Positions 1 to 14,898 are shown, counted from the stretch's first letter. The stretch is 64,000 nt of DNA from a virus (IMGVR_UViG_3300028833_000104:1-64000), one strand, 5' to 3'. Numbers and translations: made by a program. The notes: generated by a model not told the origin, from the sequence alone.

Positions 1-498
1 TCATCCACCACCGGAACCTCCTGCTCCTACCACTAATATTGCAATATTTGTAGGTATTGCTCCGTCTCTAAAATTTGTGATATTAAAATCTTTTATGGAA
101 TAAGGGGTATCACCACTATAATATTCTACCGCTAATTTATAAAATTTACCGTTATTATCTTTATATAAACCTATACGAAAATCCCCTGTTTGTGGGGCAG
201 ATACAAAGTCACGTAAATCAAAAAATTTATTAGCACTTGGAAAAGTTCCTGCTTTTATTACGGCAATTTCCCCTTGACTATCTGTATAATTCTTTAAAAC
301 TAACTTAGTTGTTCAATTATCTCTTGAATCATATACTGTTCCTCAGGCATTACTATAATCATCTGAGTTAGGTTTTTTGTAATATAAATCTGAATATCTA
401 ATAGTGGTTCCCTCATAACCTCAGGTTACAGTATTAGTATCATGATCTGCATTACAACTTGAATAATATTTTCAACCGTCATACATATATGTAGCCAT
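1..498 (-). CDS. Putative tail fibre/receptor-binding protein with Gly-rich domain (N-terminal part; runs off window)
   Basis: ATG at 498 after AGGTG; open under code 4 with 5 in-frame TGA (MATYMYDGWKYY...AILVVGAGGSGGGW); absent from the code-11 track; lies downstream of tail fibre gene. Confidence 0.6.
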
Positions 499-511
499 AA
501 AATTCACCTAC

Positions 512-2221
512 TTATTTAGATTTCTTTTCTAATTCTTCAACTCTTTTAGTTAATCTTTTAACTTCTTCAATTAATAAATAAACTATCTTATTTTCTTGAA
601 TTGATAAATAACAATCTCTATCTTCTTTAACTAATTCAGGATATAATTCATGTAAGTCCTGTGCTAAGCAACCTATCTGATTTTTAGGTCCATCTATATA
701 ATCATATCTATATATTGGTAAATCCAAAATGGAAGGACCATAGTTAAAAGTTTCTAGATTTTCTTTTAATCTTTTATCTGAAGTAGCATAGAAACTACCA
801 GCTCTTACCTCACCAGTTGCTGTTATATTAGGAACATATAATCTCTTGTCTGATACATAATAATAAAGATTAATGTTAGCGTTAGCTTTAAGGCAGTTAC
901 CACTTATATTAGAGTATCCTAACAAATAAATTGTTCCTGATTCTATTCCTTCAACAGGTACTCCATCTATAATTCCATCAACATAACCATAGGCAGTATC
1001 AGCATCATCATTATCTATTTTTACTGGATGTTTACCATAAATACCTGAATAAGGTTTGGGATTACTTTTAATTACACCATATTGAGAGCTAGTTGCTTTT
1101 TGAACGTTAGCTTTAAAATAACTTACCTGTCCGTTTGCCTCTTGCTTTATAGTAGTAACAAATTTTAAATCATCTAATGCCGCGTCAACAGTGGTACTAG
1201 GATCTTTTATATCATATGCAACTACTTGTCCAGAACTATTAATTATTAGATTTCTATCTTTACTATTATCCTTAAGTGGAGGTATGTATAAATTATTTGT
1301 AGTTAGATTATTGTTATTAATGTTATTGCTATTAATGTTATTGCTATTAAAATATTGATTAATAGGTTGATCAGTTCCAGATTCAGTGCCACCATAAATA
1401 TGTTCAGCTTTTAGAATAATTCTAGAATGTTTAGGAACAACATAATTATAAACCGGTACTGTTATGGATTCTCCTTCAACTATTATTGTTTTGTCTTTTA
1501 TTTTAGCACCTTTTGTTAATATTTTAAAATAATAATGACCATTATCTGGTGCCTCCGGATCTGGTAATTCTGTAGCTAAATTAAGACCTGTAAAGTAATA
1601 ATTGTTATTTATGACATTATCCAAATTTGAGAAGTCGACAATTGTACCATAACCATCATCATTAGTATTTCCTGGAGTTATACTACCAGCAGTTATAGTA
1701 GTTTTTAAATTTCCTAAATGTCTACTAGTAATATAATTATTATTAGTATCTAGTATAGTTGAATTCGATGTCGAATTTGTGTTTGTTGGTTCTGTAGCAT
1801 TTGATGTAGCGAATACTATTTCCGCATAAATATTATTTGGTTGATTTTGATGATTCGGAGTTATTGTATCTTCACCAATTAAACCATTAAAGGCATCATA
1901 TGAATCTAGAATTTTAAAATAATAACCTTTTATAAAAAATTCAAATGGAACAAAAGGTCTGGGATTATCATCTTTCTTAGCATATACGCTACTTCAATCA
2001 TAGTCTTCAGATATAACAAAATCTCCTTGTCCTTTATTATAACTATCATTACTATATCTAATTAATTTTGAAATTGATTTTATAGCATTTGCCTCAGTAT
2101 TTAATTTACTTTCAGGATTATATGAGATATTAGTGGTTCCATCAGAAACATCTCCTCTATAACCAGAAGGATAAACTTTTATATTTTTACTCTTAACATA
2201 ATTATCCATTATATCATTCAT
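512..2221 (-). CDS. Tail fibre protein with C-terminal intramolecular chaperone (peptidase S74-like), 569 aa
   Basis: ORFs 1994-2221 and 512-1624 are in frame, joined through TGA at 1994; C-terminal SDKRLKEN...IGCLAQD...LIEEVKRL coiled-coil chaperone motif. Confidence 0.8.
1315..1350. repeat. 15-bp tandem repeat (TATTAATGTTATTGC x2+) encoding NSNNINSNNIN in tail fibre
   Basis: Directly visible. Confidence 0.7.
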
Positions 2222-2242
2222 TATATCATTTCTCCTCTATAA

Positions 2243-2252
2243 ATAATTTAGT
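2243..2252 (-). promoter_or_regulatory. Late-type promoter motif ACTAAATTAT
   Basis: One of 11 copies upstream of structural-type genes; overlaps the stop of 2248-2991. Confidence 0.65.
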
Positions 2253-2991
2253 TATTCTTGGTGGCAGACTTGGTATTAGATAGGGATAAGGTCCATTCAA
2301 TCTTTAAACTATATTCAGCGGATAAAGCAGTAATATCCTTAGGAATTAAACTTCCTAACTTGCTTGACATCTTGGGATCGGTATTGGCAACAAAGAAATA
2401 TGCAGAAGGATTTCCATATGTATTAGGTTCATCTTCTACTGTAGTTGCGGAATTTCAGGCATTATTCTTACCATATAATCCCACTAGATTAATAGGTTGC
2501 ATTTTAAATCCCATTTTGTCATGTCACTTGTCTCCTGTGTCAAGTGCTGATATTGTTAATGCAGTGAAAGGTATTAGGAAGGTATAAGTAATATTACCAT
2601 CACCTATATTTTGTGTGCTATCTACTTTAATCTTTGGTTCAGTCATAAACATACCATAGGATGAAGATACAATATTTTTCTTTTTAGCATAAGATTTTAT
2701 TAGCTTTTTTTCATCTGTTATCTTTGAAATAGCATCATCAGCAATTTCTGGTATATCACCCTCATTGGTATCCTCAAATGGAATAGAATAAACCCCTAGA
2801 ACAATAGGTCTATATAAATCAGCTTCAGAATAATTACCTCTTAATGCTTCCATTATATGTCTAAATAAGGGTCATCTACCATTATTAGTAAATAACTTTC
2901 TACGTACTACTTTATCCCCTTTTATTACACTTACAACTATATTTCCTTCATACGAAATTTTATTAATAGATTTTTTATTATTATTTATCAT
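2248..2991 (-). CDS. Tail/baseplate-associated protein, 247 aa
   Basis: Code-4 extension of ORF 2524-2853 in both directions (3 TGA); ends ...SLKIEWTLSLS...TAA; tail module context. Confidence 0.6.
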
Positions 2992-2994
2992 AGA

Positions 2995-3822
2995 TTATTT
3001 TGCCTTCTTTCTTCCTCTGTTGTTAGATGATGTCTGTTCAGTTGTTGCCTTATTTAATGCGGCATTAATTCTTTCTTGTTCCGCCCTTTCATCATCTAAA
3101 GAAGTTTTATTTCTAGTTAATATTTTACTATCAACTGAATAAATATCTTTATTAATTGTACTATCTACCTCTCCAGTAGTGGCTTTTCCGGTATTTTCCT
3201 CTGCCATCATCTTAACATTGTAATTAACAATATCATTACCTAAAGATTCAATTTGTTTTTGCTTAATAATACTAGAAGATACATAATTTCAAGAATAATC
3301 CTTATTTACATTACTTGATAAATCTAATCCTGTATCATAAGGAGTATTAAATTCTGTTTGATTTCTTATTGTATAAGAAGTTCCAGAAGGTAAAATATAA
3401 TCAAGAACATCTCTGATTAAGGTTCAGTCCTTAACATCTGGAGGTAAAAGGATAATTAATCCATCACCATCATATCCAGTAACTATTTCAGGTTTGAAAC
3501 TTGAATTTTCAATACTTGTTATCATTTCTAGTAATAATAATATAGCCTTTTTACTTCCTTTTGCTTTCATACAGGAAATAAATATAGAACATAAGGCACT
3601 TAACTCCAAGTTATTATATTCATGTCTAGGATTAAATCCTAATGTAACACACATTAATTCAAGGATTTTTTGATTTGGAGTATTATTAGTTGTTATATCA
3701 TATATTGCTGATGTATTATTCTTAACATAATTGAATACTACATCTTTTATTCTACCAAATAATTGAAAATCTCTAGATTCATTATAATAAACTGAAGGAA
3801 CTTTCTTCTGAGTTTTTATCAT
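2995..3822 (-). CDS. Baseplate wedge/tail protein (P2 gpI-like), 275 aa
   Basis: ORFs 3424-3822 and 2995-3210 joined via 2 TGA; KAKGSKKAI and LDYILPSG motifs; follows baseplate-J-like gene. Confidence 0.6.
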
Positions 3823-3835
3823 ATATTAATACCTC

Positions 3836-6800
3836 CTATAACTTTGAGGAAGTTGCAACATCTATATCTGAAAAATCTGTATTTAATTCAGCTAAAACAA
3901 ATTTATTAACTTCATTATTCTTATCAAATAATATCATTGAATCTGACATAGAATCAACATCTAATAAAACACTATTATCAATATCAATTGTAGCATAGAA
4001 ATCTGGATATTTCTTAATAATATAATCTTTTAAGAATCTTTCACAAGCCTTAGCTTCAAATCCTAAAAGATTATAATTAACTCCTGTACGTGAAGGTGTT
4101 TCAAGTGACTTAGTATCTTCCGACTCATTTGTAAAATCTACTAGTTTTTCGCTTAATATCCATAATTCACCCATTGCACCACCTTGTGGTTCAATTTTTA
4201 AATATATCTGCTTAATTGAACTTGATGGAGCTGGTTTATTTATTTTTATTATATGTAATCCTTCGGCTATACCGGATAATTCCCAGTAAGCTGAATGACC
4301 ACTGTCATATATTTTATTAAATTCTTCCAAAATATTATAAGTTGAAAGAATGCCATTTTTATCACAAATACTAATTTTAATTGTACCAGTTTGAACTGAA
4401 AGATAGAATGTAAATAAATCATAATTATTATCAGGAATATATAAAGGTAACATTGCGTAAGAAGACTTTTCTTGTAATTCAGTTAAATTAATTCCTTTAT
4501 TAATATCAATTACCTTACCATCTTTATCATGAGGGGTTGCAGGTAATAATGAATATATTAAAACATTATCCTTATTAGAAGCAGTTATATTTATGGTATG
4601 TACTGATATAAATAATCCTCCAGATTTTTGAATATTTATATTAGATTGTAAACAATTATTAATTGAACCCATACTATTAAATTCAGCTATGGTTTTATCT
4701 GTATATATTGTTTCTACTAATTTAGAAGGATCAGTAGATAGTAATTCTTTAATTTCATCATCACTTAACTTTCTAGTTAAAGCGCCAGATTTATCAGCAT
4801 ATCAACTAGTATAAAGTTTTATTCTATGCTTATTATCCGTACTTAATTCTTGATATTTATTAGGACCTATATTAATATTTAGCATTGGTCTAACTTTTCA
4901 CTCAACAATACCTTTATAACTTGTTTCTGTATAAGTAGTTTCTCCTTGACTATAAGAAATATAATCTAAACCATACCAAGTATCAGACTTAATTACTGTC
5001 TCGGAATTAGTCATTATTATTTTATTAATGGTATCTTTATAACCTAAAGTAATAACATTCATTTGTTCTGTTTCTAGATAATTACTATCATTCCAATTCT
5101 TATAAATCCAATCGCTATTTGCAAATGCCCCAATACCATTTTGTGCAACATCATCTTTTGTAATAGATTGTTCATTATTTAAACTTCAAATTAATGCAGG
5201 AAGAGTTTCAGTTGATGTAGGATGATAAGTTAATTTTGTACCAGGTCCTAATGTTAATAAATCTGTTTTTGCGTTATTTGTATAGAAGAAATATTCACCA
5301 TCATTTAAAATGCATTCATAAATATTATTGCTATTTTTAATAAATGTTAAAGTATTATTGTTATTAGCTAACCAATAAATATAAGCAGTTTTTTTAATAG
5401 CGGCTTTATTTGATCCTTTTATATAAATTTCTTCTGATGGTTTTAAAGAGAACATACCTTCCATATAAAACGCACTAGGCCAACTACCATCATTCTTTTT
5501 TGCCCAAGAAGGATTTAAACGACTTTCCTTCTTTGTGTCACTATCCTGTAATGCAATATTTGATTCTAATATACCTGAAAATTCGGTTTCAATACATGTT
5601 GTAGCGGTTCCTGTTCAAGTTTTCTTTTTATATTTACCACCTTCATAGCAATATTTAACCCATTTTACGTTTTTTTCAGTATCGGTATAATTTACATATA
5701 ATGCCTCATCAGGTCTTAATTTAAACGGTGTATTTTCGGCAATTATTTTATCGGTACCTCTAGTATCATCTAATACAATAAAATAATTAGTATACATAGG
5801 ATAGGTTTCTTTGTTAATCAATTTAGATGATATTAATTGTAATGTTTCATTTTCACCTAAGGTAATAGTTTTTGAAGGATTATCTACTGACATTCCTGAA
5901 ACATTTAATTCCATACTAGTTGAAATATAAGTTATAGAGGTATTTACATCTAACTTAGTTGAACCTGCTGCCGGATTTGCTGAGGTATTGTAATGATTTT
6001 CTCCACCATAAATATTATCATTATTAGCATTAAGAGAATTAAATGCAACATTTATTTTATCATTATAATTAAATAATGGAACTTTACCTGCTAAAACATT
6101 TTTAGAAACATAATTAAAATATTGTTTAGTATTTTCACTTAATGTTTCGGTTTCAGACGAAGATTCTCCTTTGTATTTTAACTCTTTTTCACTACCGTCT
6201 TGTAACATATAGAAACTACTTATATCAGGGTCATCTAATAAAACCATCTTTATTCTAGAATCAGCATTTTGCATAACATTTAATAAAGATTCATAAGGAA
6301 TTTCCTCGCCATACTCTAATTCTCTGGCATTAAAATTCTTATATAATGCTTGATAAACATTATCTTTTATTTGAGCTACCTCAAATTTATTTACCTTATT
6401 ATTAGTAACTATCTTTGCTTTTAACTTGTAATAATTTTTATATAAATATAAAGGATTTTCAGTTTTCTTCTTTTCATTCTTTACATGCTTTAATTGATGA
6501 GAAATTGTTTTATAATCATCTAATCTATCCTTTAATATAAATAATATATCGTCACTTGATGTAGATAATGGTTTAAATGATTGATCATATGTTGTTTGTG
6601 TATAAGCATTTTTAATAGGATTTAATGGATATACAAATAAATCAAAATCATTTATTCTAGGAAGCATTGCCTCGCCATCTACAAAATCACCACTTGTGCC
6701 TACTCTTACTTTTGCAGTTGTTGGTGTCTCATCAGCTACATCCTTATAGATAGCTCCTAATGTTCCATATTCTGCTACTGTTTTAGCATAATTTAATTCA

Positions 6801-7921
6801 TTTCTAATATCAGAAACCTGACAATTTGATACTAATGGGGTATTATCTAATTTTTCATTTACAACCATACTATAAATTGCATTTGAATAATCCCTACAAG
6901 AAGTTAAAGTATCAAATGTACCAATAGTTCTTTTATATCCATTATATGCCTCATTAATTGTTTGAACATCACAACCATTATTTGTTGCATATAGGTTTTT
7001 GATAGTTAAATATTGAGTTGAATCTACATTTTCCTCTGCAGCATCAACTGAAGATTTTTTATAAATATTAATTGTAGAATTAACTAATTTGGTTAAGATA
7101 TTAGCTTTAATATTTCCAGAAGCACCAGATGTTCTTATATATCTAATATAAATACCTTCATCAAATAAATCTACATAATCATCTGGGAATTGAATATAAG
7201 GTAATCCTTTACGAGAATCATAACCAAATTTCCATACTCTTTGACCTTTTAATTCAGTATTTAAATTATAGGTTTTTCTCCACTCCTTAGTTATATCAGA
7301 ACTATTATAAATCCAAATACCATTTTCGGCAATTTGAGTTTCAGGTAAATAAAATCTATTATTATCGTCAATATTACTTACGTTAATAATATTATTTGAA
7401 TTTATTGCTAAATCTATTAACTCACCTTCAATTGCAGTTGCCTCTTTGGTTACATATCTATTAGTTAATTCTACAGGTTCTGTTAAAACATAACTAATAT
7501 CATTTGTATCATTTGTTACCACTGTAGTAAATTTAGGTAATGTAATATATGTAGTAGGGGCAATTTCAGATTCATCTGCTAATTGGTCTCCAGTCCACAT
7601 AAAATATAACTTAGTGGTAGCAGAATTATAATATTTAATATTATAACCCATCATTTCACAGATTTTTCTAACAGCATCTTCCTGAGTTGCTGATGTGATA
7701 AATGCTTCAAGAATATTTTTATCAATATTATAATTTAATTTATCAGTAAGGAATGCATCTAGTTTTAATAAAACTACACCTGGATCTGACTCATTAGTAT
7801 TTTCAGGATCCCAAATAGTACTTAATAATTGAACTAATTCAACTATTTCAGGATAAACCTGATAAAAATCCTTTTTAACATATCCTTCATTACTAATATT
7901 TAAATCTGAATTTGTTATCAT
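3836..7921 (-). CDS. Baseplate wedge protein (T4 gp6/P2 gpJ-like) with long C-terminal extension, 1361 aa
   Basis: Three in-frame ORFs joined via 4 TGA; N-terminal ESDPGVVLL...SATQEDAVRKICEMMGY, IQFPD, YIRTSGASGNI motifs. Confidence 0.8.
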
Positions 7922-7939
7922 AAAATACTTCCTCTCTTA

Positions 7940-8308
7940 CTATTCACCATCTTCATATAAAACAAGTGAATATGTATCTAATTTTAAATTTGCTTGATTA
8001 ATACCTCTAAATTTGCAATATAATTTACCTCTATCAAACATTACTTGAATATCTGATCTTGCTACTCTAATTTGAGGCATAAATAATGCAAGTTGTGTAT
8101 ATATTTCATCTATAATGATATCTCTCAAAATAACATTATTTTGATTGAATAAATACTTTTTTAATCTAATTCCAAAAAAAGGATCGCCAAATAATTCTCC
8201 TTTTTCTGATTTTAATAAAAGGATTGCATTTTGTTTAGTTGCATCTAAATCCTTTTTTATTCTAGTTGAATTACTATTCAACATTCTAGGAAATTCAATA
8301 CTTTTCAT
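7940..8308 (-). CDS. Baseplate wedge protein gp25/GPW family
   Basis: LLKSEKGELFGDPFFGIRLKKYLF motif; position upstream of gpJ-like gene. Confidence 0.85.
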   Translation of the reverse strand: MKSIEFPRMLNSNSTRIKKDLDATKQNAILLLKSEKGELFGDPFFGIRLKKYLFNQNNVILRDIIIDEIYTQLALFMPQIRVARSDIQVMFDRGKLYCKFRGINQANLKLDTYSLVLYEDGE

Positions 8309-8334
8309 ATAATACCTCCAATCCTCATATCATA

Positions 8335-8344
8335 TTAATTTAGT
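8335..8344 (-). promoter_or_regulatory. Late-type promoter motif ACTAAATTAA
   Basis: Intergenic, upstream of gp25-like gene. Confidence 0.65.
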
Positions 8345-8347
8345 GAA

Positions 8348-9136
8348 TTAAATTAGTTTAACTACCGTATCTGTAAAGTAATCCATTCCGGTATAATCTT
8401 CTTCATAAGTAGATTCATCATCTTCTTTTAATAAGTTTACTAACAATTTAATTTCATTATCTTCCTCACTAGTTGCTCTAACACCAACTACAACTGATTC
8501 ACAATAATCACTAGTAGTTGATTGACCGTATGGGGTATAATCATATTCAAATGAATCTGCTGAACATCTACCAGTAGCTTTTAAATAATGATATTCATCA
8601 TTATATTCTCCAGTAAAACCATTATCATATAATCACTCTCTTACTTCTGAATAATCCATAGCGGTACTTATCTGATTAATAAAATTAAATAATACATAAT
8701 CTTGAGTATCATTAGACATCATAACAATATTATGCTGATATAATTTTAAATCTAATAACTTATTAGCCTCTTTTTCTAATTTTAATTCATTAACAGTTGC
8801 ATATAAATCAGTATAATTAATATCTCCAACTTGAAAATCACTTGAAAATGTAGCTTTACCATTAACATTAATTGCATTTCCTAAAAATGCAGATTGAGAT
8901 ACATTATTATTACCTGTATATAATTTACCAACTACAACAGGATGTTCATAGTCATTATTTTCAAAATCCACATAAACAACATCATCTACATTATAACCGG
9001 TTACCATACCAGGTTGAATCATTATATTACAATCAAATACAACCTCTTGACTACCTGTGGTTTCAAATATTGGAATTCTAACTGATACTTTATTTTCTTC
9101 AAGTAATAATTGTGTTATTATACCTTTCTGAATCAT
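8348..9136 (-). CDS. Baseplate spike/gpV-like protein (OB-fold N-terminus), 262 aa
   Basis: VRIP...VDDVVYVDFENNDYEHPVVVGKLY motif; extended through TGA 8633 to TAA 8348. Confidence 0.7.
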
Positions 9137-9138
9137 AA

Positions 9139-10446
9139 TTAAACCTCCATACTATCAGGACTGTCAACTCTAGTTATATTTAATGTTGTTCTACATCCAC
9201 TACCATCAATTCTATCCACTTGCTTAGTTATAATATATAAACCTGAATCCATATATTTTTTACCAAAATATATAATATTTAAATTAATATATTCCATTAG
9301 TAATGCTGGTCTTAATAATCCTTTAAAAGTTAATGTTGCATTAATAGGATATTGTGTTGCTTTACTTCACCAAGTAACATCATTAGCCCTTGTTATATAC
9401 TGTTCATTTTTTGAGGTAATAGCTGGTGAATAAATCATTTCCATTTCACCTTTATCATTAATTCTCTCTACATATTCCTTATTATTTAATTCTTCTTGAT
9501 AATCAAAATAAATTGAATAGTTTTCATTATTTTCAATAGAAAATCCAGTTACTATTGTAGCGGTAGGATAACCAAGAGTTACCTCATATGCCTCAGGATG
9601 TTTCATATTTTTAGTAACCGCAGTTATTTTAAAATAAGGTCCACCTAAAACTCTAGTGCTAACATTATTTATAACTTCATTTTCCGCTTCATCATGAATT
9701 GTTAAAATATAAAATGTTTGAGTTTGATTTTTATTCGAATATAATGATGTTGGAACCATTAAAGATACTAGATAAGTTAAATAATCTAAAACTGAAATAT
9801 TTACCTTTTTTTGAATATATACCTCTTTATCATCTGATGCAATTAAGTTTAATTGCTCAACTCTTGCATAATCTGCCATACCATAAAATAATGATGATAA
9901 ACCTAAGTCTTTTTGTTGCAATAATCACTTAATTTCATCACTAGGTTTTTTAGTATATCCTCCAAAGGTATAAGAACCTGAATAACCTAAAATAGCTGAC
10001 GATATAGCAGAAACATTATATGTTATTTTTGCTCCAGCCAAATCGAAACTTTTACCTACTTTAGTTATTATAGCTTGTTCATTTTTATAAACATATTCAG
10101 GGGCAGCCATATCTCCATAACTAAAAATTATCTTACGTCGTTTATTTTCCCTTGAAAATACTTTTTCAAAGAAATTAGGATCATCCCCTGGTCTTATGGT
10201 ATAAATGAATACAAGTTCATATTGATTAACTTTACCATTTATCTTAGTTATATTTAATGATTGAATATAATTAGGATATTGAATATTTGCTTTCTTATAA
10301 AAACCTTGTTCTGTGGTTTCATTTAAATATTGTTTATCATATCCACCAAAACTATAATCACCTATTTGAACTCTAATATAAGGTATTTCTACCCTATATG
10401 TTGAACTTAAAAGAGATGCTGCATTTTGATTAAAATTTACAGGCAT
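9139..10446 (-). CDS. Baseplate hub (gpD/gp27-like), 435 aa
   Basis: ORFs 9925-10446 and 9367-9921 joined and extended via 2 TGA; C-terminal SGLYIITKQVDRIDGSGCRTTL motif; synteny between LysM protein and spike. Confidence 0.7.
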
Positions 10447-10775
10447 TATCTCTCATCTCCAAATTCTATACTAGCATAATTAGGAATTTTTAAAACTGGA
10501 TAATTTTCAAATAAATCATCATCTAAACAATCTTGAATATCATTAAAATAAGCAATAATTCAAAATAAGGTAGGATTATTATAAAAATCTAATGCAATAG
10601 AATCCAATGTATCTGTTTCTTTTACCTTATATAAAGTATAAGGAGCATCTTTTTTCATATTAGATCCTAGACCATAAATATATTTATTATCTAAGGTATG
10701 ATAAAAATATGGTCTATCTGATTGACGACAAATATAGTCAAATTTTCCATAACTTTTATTCTTTAAAACATCCAT
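10446..10775 (-). CDS. LysM-like baseplate protein (gpX/gp53-like), 109 aa
   Basis: YKVKETDTLDSIALDFYNNPTLF(W=TGA)IIAYFN...LKIP; stop overlaps next ATG (TAATG). Confidence 0.8.
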
Positions 10776-10788
10776 AATAATCTACCTC

Positions 10789-11448
10789 TTATTCCTCTAA
10801 ATGGAATCCTTTTTTCATTGATTGAGTTACACCTCTAAAAGAACCATTTTTAAATATTGTTGTTGAATCATAAGGGTCAACTTCACTTACTTCAAATGAA
10901 ACAGTCATATTAGCATATCTTCCATCAGGATATAATAATGGTTTTTCATAGTTTACTGAAACTCCACCATTTACAATACCTTTAATAAATATATCATTAG
11001 AAATTCTAACCGCAACTAAAGGAGGTTCAACTAACTTATTACTTAAATTATATCTTGGAACTGCTATTGCTTGTAAACAATGAACTAATCCTTCAACATA
11101 ATCTTCACCTTCACCTAATTTATAATTACTAACACCTTCATTAAATTCATCCATCATATCTCTATGAAATTTAAATGTGAATTGAACCTTTCTAGGACCT
11201 GAATTTGAATATGTATAAACTGGTGCGGATCTTGATAATGCACTAGTTTCACTAAAAGTTGAACTTAACTGATCATTAATAGTATCTGGATAAGTTGGTA
11301 ATATGAAATAAGGATCCTCAATTACATTGTTTCCTGAACTATCATAATGTCCAGAAATTTCCCCTTTTAAGTGTGAAATATAAATGTAATTATTAGGAAG
11401 AGGTCTTTTTAAACTTCCTCAATATTCATCCATTGTAATATTTGCCAT
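10789..11448 (-). CDS. Tail tube initiator-like protein, 219 aa
   Basis: Upstream extension through TGA at codon 10; LSRSAPVYTYSNSGPRKVQFTFKF and EPPLVAVRI motifs. Confidence 0.6.
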
Positions 11449-11450
11449 AG

Positions 11451-12752
11451 TTAATTACCTTCTCTTTCTTGTAAATTTACATAATTACCTATTTTAGCTT
11501 CAATGTCTTTATCTACATAACCTAATATATCAGTTTTTGTATCTAATAAGTTTTCTTCTATTGCTAACTTATATAAAACTGCTACATATTTATCATCTCA
11601 GATACCATAGTTTTTACCAATTGAAGGAATACCTGAAGATTGTTTACCTTCCTTATATCTATCTAATAATAACCATTGTAATCTTTTAATATTTTCAGAT
11701 ATATTATCCATAGGAGTAATTGCATTATCCACTAAATATTCTACTAATCTATCGGCAAATGGATAACTTATATTGGTATTCATTTGTAAAAGTTGTAGTG
11801 ATGACTTTAATAAATTATCATATTTAACTGCAGGTTTAATATCACAATCTTCAAAATCAGGATTTATATTTAAAACTGATTTATTATTTTTTCTTTTAAA
11901 TATATTAATTTCTGGCTCCTTATCTGTAATCTCATCATTAAAATAAGGATTATATCAATCATTATAATTTAAATAATTTCCTTCTAAAATTACAATACTA
12001 GAATTGTTATTTGCTGGTAATTTTATAAATAATTTTAAAGAATTCTCATATCTTTTAGCATATTTATAAACATTAGTTTTTAAATTATTATAACTTAATT
12101 TATCATATAAAATAGGTGAATTAAATACACCAGAACCTAATTTTTGGAAAGTACTTTTTAAAAGATTTTCATTATCGGTACCTTTAAATAACTTTGTATT
12201 ATATAATCCACAGAAAATTTCATATGGTAATGAACTATCAATAGCTACGGTATAAAGTTGATCTACCTTTACTGGCAGCATAACTATTTTATAATTAGGG
12301 TCATTGGAATCTTCTATATAAGTTATATATATTTTATTTTCATCTTCATCAGTTTTACCTGAGTCAAATGCTATTTCTGTATATAAATCATCAGGAAAGC
12401 TATTACTGTAACAATTATATAAAGGCATTAAATTTACCCCTTTATAATCTCTAATAAATCTTAAATATTCCCCTAAATATTCATGAGTATGGGAATCATA
12501 ATTAATTCCTGTAAATTTTAACTTTTTATAGTAATTATTAGGAATACTATTAGCTTCAAATCTAAATAACTGAACAAAATCTTTAATTTTTTCATTATAT
12601 TGACATACATAATCATCTTTTATATATAATTGACCATTAATTGCGTAGTCATTATCTTCATAGTTATAAACTTGTGGAGTAGGTAATTTATAATCGCTTA
12701 ATAAGGTTTTAATAAATCCCACTATAATATGGTCGCTTCCAAATTTTATCAT
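11451..12752 (-). CDS. Hypothetical tail-module protein, 433 aa
   Basis: ORFs 11955-12752 and 11598-11783 joined and extended via 2 TGA to TAA. Confidence 0.6.
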
Positions 12753-12762
12753 ATCTTACCTC

Positions 12763-14898
12763 CTAAATTGTTTGAGTATTCCAAGGACTTTCATCTCAGT
12801 TTTTAATTTTAACGCTAACAGATGAGTTATTATTTATTACATCATCTAATAGTGTAAGTATTTGATTATTTAAATCTCATATATTATCCATAGTTTTATG
12901 TTCATTATTATCTTCAGCTTCAACTAAGGCTTCGTTCTTTGTATCTTTAATCATTGCATTATTAGCAGCCATATAATCATCACCAGAGGTATTAGCATTA
13001 TAACTCATTGACATTAATGATGTAGTGTTTCCAAGGTTATTCATACCCATTGCACCACCACCAATAGTTACATTAGAATTACTATTTGCTGAAAATTGTT
13101 TATAGGCATTATTTAATCCATTACCAATATCTCCTAAACCAGAAAATATAGCTCCAATACCTCCTAATAAACTACCACCTAATGCGGTGGCTCTTAAAAC
13201 ATCTGCAACTGTTGCCTCTAAGTCTACACTATTACCAAATACTGATACAGTAGGTATATTAATACCACCAACGGTTTCCTCTAATAAATCACCAATAGTT
13301 AATATATTATATAGTGCTGGATTTGCAGCAATACCTTCAGCTAATGTATATTTGAAGTTAGATGTTAAATTTTCTAATTCTTGTGCTAATGACATACGAG
13401 AACCAACAGTACTTAACATATAATCTAACATACCTGATGCAGATGCAGATGAATAATTAGAATTGGTTTTAAAAATATCTTGTATTGAACCTGCTAAGTT
13501 AGTTGCCGCTTCAATATCTGAAGTTTGCAATCCAAATATATTTGCCATTTGAGATTGAACAACTTTGTTATCACTTGCAATTTCTTGTAAGTAATCAACC
13601 ATTGAACTTAATAATAGGTTTACATCAGAATCATTAATACCATCGGTTAATAGTTTAGCATAATCTAATCCTGAATTTGCGGCAGCCATTACTAATAACT
13701 TACCTGCACCTGAATCAGTTCCAGAAATATCACCAGATAATAACTGACCTAATGCTTGTGAAATACTTCCAACGGCACCTGAACTCATACCAACACTATA
13801 TAAAGCACCTAACCATTTTTGAACTTGATATTCATAACCTATTGCTTTAGATGCATCTAATAATGATGTTGCTTGATATAAGTTAGATGTAACTGTATCA
13901 CTAACACCACTTAAATACTCTGTTGTTTCAAACATCGCATTTAAATATTGATTCAAACTTGCTTCCATACCTAAACGATAAGCAGTAGAATCAGCCTGCT
14001 GAACTCTTACTAAATCTCTTAATGTGGTATCAAATGCATCAAATGTAGTTGCAATACTATCGCTAATTGCAGATAGGAAAGCTCTTTGTTCTACGTTATA
14101 TGCAACACCTTCACTAATAGCTTTATTTAAGTTTTCCATTACCTTTTCTTGTTTTACATAAGGTGATATAGCTAAATTCCTTTTAACTAAATCTGCTATA
14201 GAGGTATGTCCTTTATCTGAACCAAATAGTCTAGTATCCCAAGCAGTTTTATAACCAGCAATTGATTCTATTGTTGATTCTAATCCTTTAGTAAATTTAC
14301 TTAATCCACTAATTGCCTTATCTAAACCTTTTACTAATCCAACATTAATTGCCTTAAAAGGTCCACCATAATAATCTGACACATCTTTTAAATTTGCCTT
14401 TAAAGCCTTAAATCCATCGGATAATTCAGAAAAATTAGCAGTAAAAATACCATTAGCAATATTACCAAAGGTGGCCTTCATTGTTTTTATTTGTTCTTCA
14501 TTAAACTTTTTATTGGCCTCTAACTCATTTTTTCTTTGATCCGCTCTTAACTTATCTCTAGTTTTAGCATCTCCTTTATTTTCAGCTATCGCTGTGGAAT
14601 AGGATTGCTTAGTTGAATTTTTAGCAGTTTTAGCTTCTTGAACACCATATCTTGCCTTATTTACTGCTTCACCAACTTTTATAGCTGAGTCGGTCATTAT
14701 TCTTGAGGATTCTGCACCAATATTATAAAGTTTTTTCATATCCTCTAGAATATTTTTGTAGATATCACTAATTTTTTCTGCGTTGGCAACGCCTTTATCT
14801 CAATCTATGCTATTTCTGATTTCTGATGAATATTGTTCTCTAATAGCTTCCTTACTATCATCATATCCCATTATAGCCTCAATATTATGATTTGCCAT
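12763..14898 (-). CDS. Tail tape measure protein, 711 aa
   Basis: Ala/Gly/Ser/Leu-rich helical protein downstream of chaperone genes; extended via 3 TGA; GGAGG RBS; TAG stop. Confidence 0.75.
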